DNA from: an uncultured Verrucomicrobiae bacterium
Lineage (GTDB): Bacteria; Verrucomicrobiota; Verrucomicrobiia; Chthoniobacterales; UBA10450
Length of the DNA stretch: 64,000 bases
Reading direction: 5' to 3'
Assembly: GCA_963815455.1 (NCBI GenBank)
Contig: CAWFGO010000001.1
Span: forward strand, 704,001-768,000
Position 1 is the first letter of the stretch, and each line of letters opens with the position of its first letter. Of the stretch, positions 58,081 through 64,000 are shown in pieces. The notes below the pieces were generated by a model. That model was not told the DNA's origin. It saw nothing but the letters and a program-made list of their open reading frames with translations, and searched no databases. The position numbers were made by a program, and so were the translations under genes.

Positions 58081-59973
58081 CTAATCTTTGCCGGAGTCAA
58101 ACGCCTGCTGTAGCACGTCGGCCAATTCGTGCCGCGTAAACGGCTTGGGCAATGCGCCGCGAAAACCGTAGGCCAGGAATTGCGATAGAGCGGCTTCGTC
58201 GGAATATCCGCTGCAAATGATCGCCGTCACGTTGGGATCGACCTGGCGAAGCCGCTCGATGGTCGCCACCCCGCCCATGCCTCCGCGAATGGTCGCATCC
58301 AGAATGACCGCCTGAAAACTCTCGCCCCGCTGCAACGCGTTCTCGTACGTTTTCACCGCTTCAACTCCATCCGGCACCGAGGTGGCCTGGAACCCGAGGG
58401 TCCCGAGCAATTCCGAGGTGAGTTCGCGAACCGCGTCCTCATCATCCATCACCAGGATGCGCACCTGATTGCGACGGGATGACGGATCCTCCTTCACCGG
58501 CCCAGTATCGACAATCTTTTCATCCGGAACGGCCGGAAGATAAAAACTAAACGTCGATCCTTCCGTAGAGGAATTTTCCAGATGCAACATGCCGCCGTGT
58601 TTCTTTACGATCGAATAACTGATTGAGAGGCCGAGGCCGCTGCCATTTGGTTTGGTGGTGAAATAGGGATCGAATATCTTGGTGACAAGGTCCTCATCGA
58701 TCCCCGAACCGCGATCGGCGATTGTGATTTTAAGGTAACGCCCGGGAGGAAGAATCGCGCCCTGCTGCTCCTCCACCTCCACGTTGCGCGCGGAAACAGA
58801 GACAATGCCGCCGTGCGGCATTGCTTCCCGGGCATTCATCATCAGTGCATTGACGACCTGTTTGATTTGTCCGGGATCAACGTTGGCTTTCCACAGTCCG
58901 ACCGGAATGTCCATCACTGCGCGCAGATTGGAACCATAAAGCGAGAATTCAGCGGCCTGACCAAGCAAACCAGAGATCGGTTCCACGCGTTTGAGCGGAG
59001 CGCCACCCTTGGAAAACGTCAGCAATTGGCCGGAGAGATGAGCGGCATGTTGTGCCGCCTGGCCCGCTTTGGAAAGAAACGAGAGCACATTGCCGGCCTT
59101 GCCGTGCGCTTCGATCTGGGCCAGGCCGATGTTTCCCGAGATAACCGTCAATATGTTATTCAGATCATGCGCGATTCCACCCGCCAAAGTCCCGAGCGAT
59201 TCGAGCTTGCTGGTAGTCAGCCGCTCTTCCTCCGTTCGTTTGCGCTCGGTGACATCGCGAAAGAAAACGGACACGCCCCCGCCACTGGGATAGGCGTGCA
59301 TTTCAAACCAGGTTTTCCCCGCGGCATCGCTCATTTCAAATTCCACCGGCACCTGCTCGGTGATCACCTGCTGGTAATTTTTTTCGAAAGCCGAACCTTT
59401 CAAATATGGAAATTCACTCCAGAGCTGTTTGCCTTTCAGCTCGTCGCGGTCCCGGCCGAACAGATTCTCAGCCTGGGCGTTGAGATATGTAAATTTCCAT
59501 TCGCGATCGAGCGCAAAAAATGCATCGGTCGTTTTCTCCAGAATCTCGGTCATCCGGCGGGCCGATTCCTGTAATTCGGCACGGGCCTGATTGCGCTCGG
59601 CCAGGGCCGCAATTCGCCGCTCGGCTACGGACAAACGCACATTCAATAGACCGGGATCAAATGGCTTGGTCAGATAATCGTTGGCCCCGGCAGCCAAAGC
59701 CTGTTTCAGGTCCTTCGTTTCGTCCCGTGCGGTCACGAGCAGAATAAAAATCTCGTCGCCGTTTGGCCCGGCCCGCAGGTTGCGGCAAAGGTCGATCCCG
59801 CTTTTTCCGGGCAACATCCAATCGAGAATCAGGAACGGAAATGCCTGGCCGGCCAGGATTTGCTCGGCTTCTTCCGCGCTGCCCACCGCCACCACCTCAT
59901 GCCCCCGGCGCGCGATCAAACGCTGCAGACTCCTGCGGCTTTCATCGTGGTCTTCGACGAGCAATATTTTCAT
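58081..59973 (-). CDS. hybrid sensor kinase REC-PAS-HisKA-HATPase-REC
   Basis: MKILLVED, LDWMLP, PAS, GGIAHDLNN, NAREAM, GSGLGL, C-terminal receiver. Confidence 0.93.
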   Translation of the reverse strand: MKILLVEDHDESRRSLQRLIARRGHEVVAVGSAEEAEQILAGQAFPFLILDWMLPGKSGIDLCRNLRAGPNGDEIFILLVTARDETKDLKQALAAGANDYLTKPFDPGLLNVRLSVAERRIAALAERNQARAELQESARRMTEILEKTTDAFFALDREWKFTYLNAQAENLFGRDRDELKGKQLWSEFPYLKGSAFEKNYQQVITEQVPVEFEMSDAAGKTWFEMHAYPSGGGVSVFFRDVTERKRTEEERLTTSKLESLGTLAGGIAHDLNNILTVISGNIGLAQIEAHGKAGNVLSFLSKAGQAAQHAAHLSGQLLTFSKGGAPLKRVEPISGLLGQAAEFSLYGSNLRAVMDIPVGLWKANVDPGQIKQVVNALMMNAREAMPHGGIVSVSARNVEVEEQQGAILPPGRYLKITIADRGSGIDEDLVTKIFDPYFTTKPNGSGLGLSISYSIVKKHGGMLHLENSSTEGSTFSFYLPAVPDEKIVDTGPVKEDPSSRRNQVRILVMDDEDAVRELTSELLGTLGFQATSVPDGVEAVKTYENALQRGESFQAVILDATIRGGMGGVATIERLRQVDPNVTAIICSGYSDEAALSQFLAYGFRGALPKPFTRHELADVLQQAFDSGKD

Positions 59974-60209
59974 TCTTAAGCGCTTCCCCCGTGGATGTTC
60001 CCTTGTCGCTGTGTTCCAGCCACTGTGCAGCGTCACAACGGCCCCGACCTAAAGACCAGCAGGATGACTGCCAATCCTTCAGTTCGGCTGCGCGATCGCC
60101 GGATTGTTCAATGAATGCGCGTGAGCCCGCCGCTCAATGTCGAGGCCGCCGCCTTGCGCAAACAGCGTCATCTGCTAAATACAATCCCATCAAATCGCGC
60201 TGTTCTCTA

Positions 60210-61055
60210 ATGCCCGTTTTTCGCCTGCTCCTTTTCGGTTTTCTCGGGTTCGCCGCTGTCAATCAGCTCCGCCCGGAAACGACCGCTATCCCGGCGCAGG
60301 CTCCCGAAAACGCCGAGCCGAACCGGCCAGCGGAGCCGCGCATCACGTTCAATTGGGTTCATGTGGACGCCCCCTATATCGCCATGACGTTTGACGACGG
60401 CCCAAATCCGAAACTCACGCCGAAACTGCTCGATATGCTCGCAGCCCGGCATATCAAGGCGACTTTCTTCGTGATCGGGCAAAACGCGGCCGCATATCCC
60501 GAGCTGGTCGCGCGCATCGTGCGTGAGGGCCACGAAATCGGGAACCATAGTTGGTCTCATCCAAACCTGGCCCGAATGTCCGACGAATCTGTGCGGCTTC
60601 AGCTCAAGCGAACCGACGAGGCAATTCAACGCGCGGCCAACATTCGTCCAGTACTATTGCGTCCGCCTTACGGCTCGATCACCACTCGGCAAAAACAATG
60701 GATCCACGATCAGTTCGGCTATGAAATCATTATTTGGGATGTCGATCCTCTGGATTGGAGACGGCCAGGCCCAATGGTAGTTTCCAATCGCATCCTGAGA
60801 GAAACTCGCCCGGGCTCGATCGTCCTTTCACACGATATTCATCCAGGAACGATTGAAGCAATGCCTGCCACGCTCGATCAGCTCGCCGCCAAGGGTTTCA
60901 AATTCGTCACCGTCTCCGAGTTGATCAAGCTGGCGACACCCGAGCCGGCCAAGCCCGACCCGGCCACTCGCGCGAAGATTCCATTGCCGCCTGCCAGTCC
61001 GGCGCCAGTTACACGATCGGCGTCGGCTTCGCTGGAAGTCTTAGCTGGCGAATAA
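60210..61055 (+). CDS. polysaccharide deacetylase (CE4/NodB; peptidoglycan deacetylase-like)
   Basis: TFDDGP, HEIGNHSWSH, RPPYG, WDVDPLDW, LSHD. Confidence 0.95.
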   Translation: MPVFRLLLFGFLGFAAVNQLRPETTAIPAQAPENAEPNRPAEPRITFNWVHVDAPYIAMTFDDGPNPKLTPKLLDMLAARHIKATFFVIGQNAAAYPELVARIVREGHEIGNHSWSHPNLARMSDESVRLQLKRTDEAIQRAANIRPVLLRPPYGSITTRQKQWIHDQFGYEIIIWDVDPLDWRRPGPMVVSNRILRETRPGSIVLSHDIHPGTIEAMPATLDQLAAKGFKFVTVSELIKLATPEPAKPDPATRAKIPLPPASPAPVTRSASASLEVLAGE

Positions 61056-61067
61056 TCGCGTTCCGCC

Positions 61068-62783
61068 ATGATTGCGGACCATTATTTGCAGCTTCGGAGC
61101 GAACTGGAGAATGCTCTGGCCGATTTGCTCAAGCTGGCTGCCGAGATGCGCCGCTCCAGCTCGTCGCTGGAGATTATTCAAGGTCTGCTTAGCGATATCC
61201 GCGAACCGTTGCTCATCGTGGCAGTGGGCGAAGTGAAATCCGGGAAATCATCGCTGCTGAATGCCCTCTTCGGCCAGGAGTTTGCCAGGGTCGATGTTCT
61301 TCCGGCAACGGACCGCGTTTGTATTTTCCGGTACGGCGACGAAGAAAAATCGATCGAGGTTTCGCCCAACTTGATCGAACGCTATCTACCGATTCCGTTT
61401 CTTCGCAATTTCAACGTGGTGGATACACCCGGCACCAATACCATGGTGGCGGAACATCAACGCATCACCGAGAATTTCATTCCGCGCGCCGATCTCATCC
61501 TCTTCGTCTTCTCGATTATGAATCCCTGGACGCACTCGGCCTGGGAACTGTTGAGCATCGTTCAGAAGAAATGGCTAAAGAATGTGGTTTTCGTTTTGCA
61601 GCAAACCGATCTGCGCACGCCGGCCGAGATCGAAGTCATTCGCCGGCACCTCCAGGACACCGCGTTGCAGAAACTCGGATTCGCGCCTCCGATCTTCGCC
61701 GTGTCCGCGCGCGATGCATTGCTCGCCCGCACGACTGGGTTGGATAAAGAACGCCTCTGGAACGAAAGCAAGTTTGGCCCGCTGGAGGAACAGATCAATC
61801 TGACCGTTACCGAAGCGGGGGGACGCAGTCTGAAGCTGCAATCGGCCCGCCAAACCGCCCAGCTCATGATCGACGAGGTCGTGACGGAGCTCAGGACATC
61901 ACTGGAAGTGATCGGCCACGACGAAGCGCGCCTGGCGCGGGCGGAAGCATTTCTTCAATCCCGCAAAGAGCAAACCCTTCGGCAAGTGGCGGGACTTCTT
62001 CGCGGAGTCGAAATGGCCTGCCGGGAAGGCGCCGGCCAGGGGCTGAAGCTTCTCGAGGAAAAACTCTCGTTCTGGCGGACCTGGAAAATTATTTTGGCTC
62101 GGGAACGCTGGCAGCACGAATTCCAAAGGGAGATCGAGGCTAAATTGAGGAGATCGGTCGAAGAGCAAGCCGAAAACGCGGTGCAATTACTGGAAACCGA
62201 TTTGCGCGCGCTCTGGCCGCAAGTCTACGACATGATCGATCAACAGCTGGCCGGCGATTTGCAGGAGAAAATTCCCAAAGCAATTCCCGATTTCGTTCGC
62301 CAGCGGCGCGAGCTTCTGCGATCGATCCAGCTGGCCTTGAGCGAACGCGCAGCCGGTAAAGCAGTGGAAGACGAATTGGCGGAGCTTTTTCGCGAAACTT
62401 CCGCGCGCTTGCGCGTGCCGGCCGGTGTCGCCGCCGCCGGCGGCATCGCCACGCTCATCGCCGCAATGACCAGTGCCGCCGTCGCGGACGTTACCGGCGT
62501 ACTGGCGGCTTCGGCTGCAATTGTCGGAACGATCGTCGCCTTTGCTCAGCGGCGAAAAATCTTTAGCGCGTACGAGCAACAGATGGAAACGAGGCGGTCC
62601 GAATTGATGCAAGCGATCGAGCAGCAGCTCAATCACGCTGTGGACTTGTTTTACAAGGAAGTCTCGACTGCGTTTCAGTCCCTGGGCGCGTTTTGCGTTT
62701 CACAACGGCGCATGTACGAACCGCGATTGCAGCGGGCTGAAGAGTTACAGCGGGCGTTCGCCCAGCTATCCTCGCGATTGTAG
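61068..62783 (+). CDS. bacterial dynamin-like GTPase (BDLP/FZL-like)
   Basis: GEVKSGKSS, LPAT, DTPG; long helical stalk; hydrophobic hairpin near C-terminus. Confidence 0.88.
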   Translation: MIADHYLQLRSELENALADLLKLAAEMRRSSSSLEIIQGLLSDIREPLLIVAVGEVKSGKSSLLNALFGQEFARVDVLPATDRVCIFRYGDEEKSIEVSPNLIERYLPIPFLRNFNVVDTPGTNTMVAEHQRITENFIPRADLILFVFSIMNPWTHSAWELLSIVQKKWLKNVVFVLQQTDLRTPAEIEVIRRHLQDTALQKLGFAPPIFAVSARDALLARTTGLDKERLWNESKFGPLEEQINLTVTEAGGRSLKLQSARQTAQLMIDEVVTELRTSLEVIGHDEARLARAEAFLQSRKEQTLRQVAGLLRGVEMACREGAGQGLKLLEEKLSFWRTWKIILARERWQHEFQREIEAKLRRSVEEQAENAVQLLETDLRALWPQVYDMIDQQLAGDLQEKIPKAIPDFVRQRRELLRSIQLALSERAAGKAVEDELAELFRETSARLRVPAGVAAAGGIATLIAAMTSAAVADVTGVLAASAAIVGTIVAFAQRRKIFSAYEQQMETRRSELMQAIEQQLNHAVDLFYKEVSTAFQSLGAFCVSQRRMYEPRLQRAEELQRAFAQLSSRL

Positions 62784-62796
62784 CCGAGCCGGCCGG

Positions 62797-63624
62797 TTAC
62801 TTCTTTGGACCCGACGCCTTCTGGGCGACTTGCCGCTCGAGTTGGCGGCGGGCCAGAACAAAATTGTTGTTCTCTCCGTAGCTGCGCCAGGGGCCCGGCG
62901 GGATGTCGGCTACATCGACAAACTTCCAATCGGTCACGTCTGTCGGCTGAAGCCCAAGATAATCGCGCACAGCCGGAGAAACATCGAGACCCGCCCCGCG
63001 ATTCAGGTTCGGCTTCGGGCGCTCGTTCTGAAAAACATATTGATAATGATCGGTGCGAAACGGACCGCAATCTTCCCATTGCGCGTAACATGTGCGGTTG
63101 CCTTTGCGAACAGCGATCCACCGGCTCTTGCAAACCGACTGACCAGGGCCGGAGTAGGCCTGTTTGAACCATGGAATTACCAACGGCGCTTCCGGCTTGA
63201 ATTGGCCGTGACTGACGTCGTTATACGGCAGGGCGCAGTAGAACGGATTTTGCCGTGGGATAAAAGCGACTGGGATATAATTGCGCCGGGCCGATGCATT
63301 AGGATTGTCGAATCCGCCGTAATTGGCCGTCCAATTCGAATCCCAGGAGCTCTTGTGATTGGGCACCGGATTGTTCCCAGCAGCGTCTTCACCGATCCAG
63401 AACACCGTAGTCACGATATTCGTCTTCCATGGAAAACGTTGTGTCGCCGGTCGCGAACTGGTTGGCACGAACACCTGCGGCTCGACTTTCAACAACGCTT
63501 TCTCGCGCAAATTTCTGGCGTACTTGGCGAAATCAGCCGCCGTCGCGTAAGGGGAATCCGACTGCCCGTAGGCCGCGAGCCCACCGGTGGTCACCAGTAG
63601 AATGTGCGCAATGAACCGTCTCAT
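62797..63624 (-). CDS. secreted protein with probable double-psi beta-barrel (RlpA-like) fold
   Basis: Signal peptide; YCALP, AQWEDCGPF, GLDVSPAVRDYLGL. Confidence 0.7.
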   Translation of the reverse strand: MRRFIAHILLVTTGGLAAYGQSDSPYATAADFAKYARNLREKALLKVEPQVFVPTSSRPATQRFPWKTNIVTTVFWIGEDAAGNNPVPNHKSSWDSNWTANYGGFDNPNASARRNYIPVAFIPRQNPFYCALPYNDVSHGQFKPEAPLVIPWFKQAYSGPGQSVCKSRWIAVRKGNRTCYAQWEDCGPFRTDHYQYVFQNERPKPNLNRGAGLDVSPAVRDYLGLQPTDVTDWKFVDVADIPPGPWRSYGENNNFVLARRQLERQVAQKASGPKK

Positions 63625-63742
63625 TCGGGGATGCCGGAATTGTTTGTAACAGATAATTACCTCTGAGGCAAGGCTTTTTACCTCTAAAAGCCAAGGCCGC
63701 TAGAAGTTCTGTATTTTCAAGAGCACTATCCATTCCATCTCT

Positions 63743-64000
63743 TCAACCCCGGCTCAGCAGCGTGTCGCGCTTGAATTGTCGATCCTCGGCATGCGGATAA
63801 TCCAGCGTGTAATGGAGGCCGCGGCTCTCCTTTCGGCTCAAGGCCGAATCGACAATGAGCGCCGCCACCGTGGCCAGATTGCGCAACTCCAGCAGATCGA
63901 CCGATACCTTGAAATTCCAATAAAACTCGCGGATTTCGCGCTGCAGATTTCGCAGGCGGGCGCTGGCTCGCTGCAGTCGTTTGTCCGTCCGCACGATCCC
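63743..64000 (-). CDS. nadB: L-aspartate oxidase, 3' end (partial)
   Basis: [37 protein letters not shown]. Confidence 0.9.
   Translation of the reverse strand, partial: GIVRTDKRLQRASARLRNLQREIREFYWNFKVSVDLLELRNLATVAALIVDSALSRKESRGLHYTLDYPHAEDRQFKRDTLLSRG

Noticed and set aside
126..63600. Long antisense/overlapping ORFs (e.g. 126..824 N-part, 5476..6291, 23696..24643, 46596..47654, 49468..50316, 59763 N-part)
   Set aside because: Shadow frames of well-supported genes in GC-rich DNA, with no motifs.

Overview
Bacterial chromosomal segment, roughly 55-60% GC by eye. It is most likely from a soil Verrucomicrobiota (Chthoniobacterales/Spartobacteria, Ca. Udaeobacter-like). This is an inference from a stand-alone SWIB protein, ThrRS lacking the TGS domain, a SRKTHG-dockerin-tailed secreted protein and other lineage-typical hypotheticals. 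It carries housekeeping clusters (rlmN; prs-rplY-pth-rpsF-ssb-dprA; thrS; recQ; grpE-dnaJ; aroA-cmk-plsC; nadB), tRNA-Leu(CAG), several two-component and PP2C/STAS signalling genes and many secreted proteins or lipoproteins. I found no integrase, transposase, phage gene, reverse transcriptase or CRISPR array. Many single-base frameshifts, even in essential genes, suggest an imperfectly polished long-read assembly. Most notable observations: (1) a 98-codon low-GC insertion in the ThrRS catalytic domain, inside a codon-shifted, error-rich patch (candidate exchangeable cassette in an essential gene); (2) several families of REP-like palindromes and 6-9 bp tandem repeats at gene junctions, which nest in each other, bracket gene blocks and have entered coding frames (two in-frame insertions in one alcohol dehydrogenase); (3) a full-length vitamin-K gamma-carboxylase-like gene divergent from a signal-peptide-bearing isoaspartate methyltransferase, next to a dockerin-tailed surface protein; (4) candidate nucleoid proteins, an Rsb-type module coupled to grpE-dnaJ, and a dynamin-like GTPase with an atypical G4 motif. 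All family calls come from motif recognition; no database searches were run.
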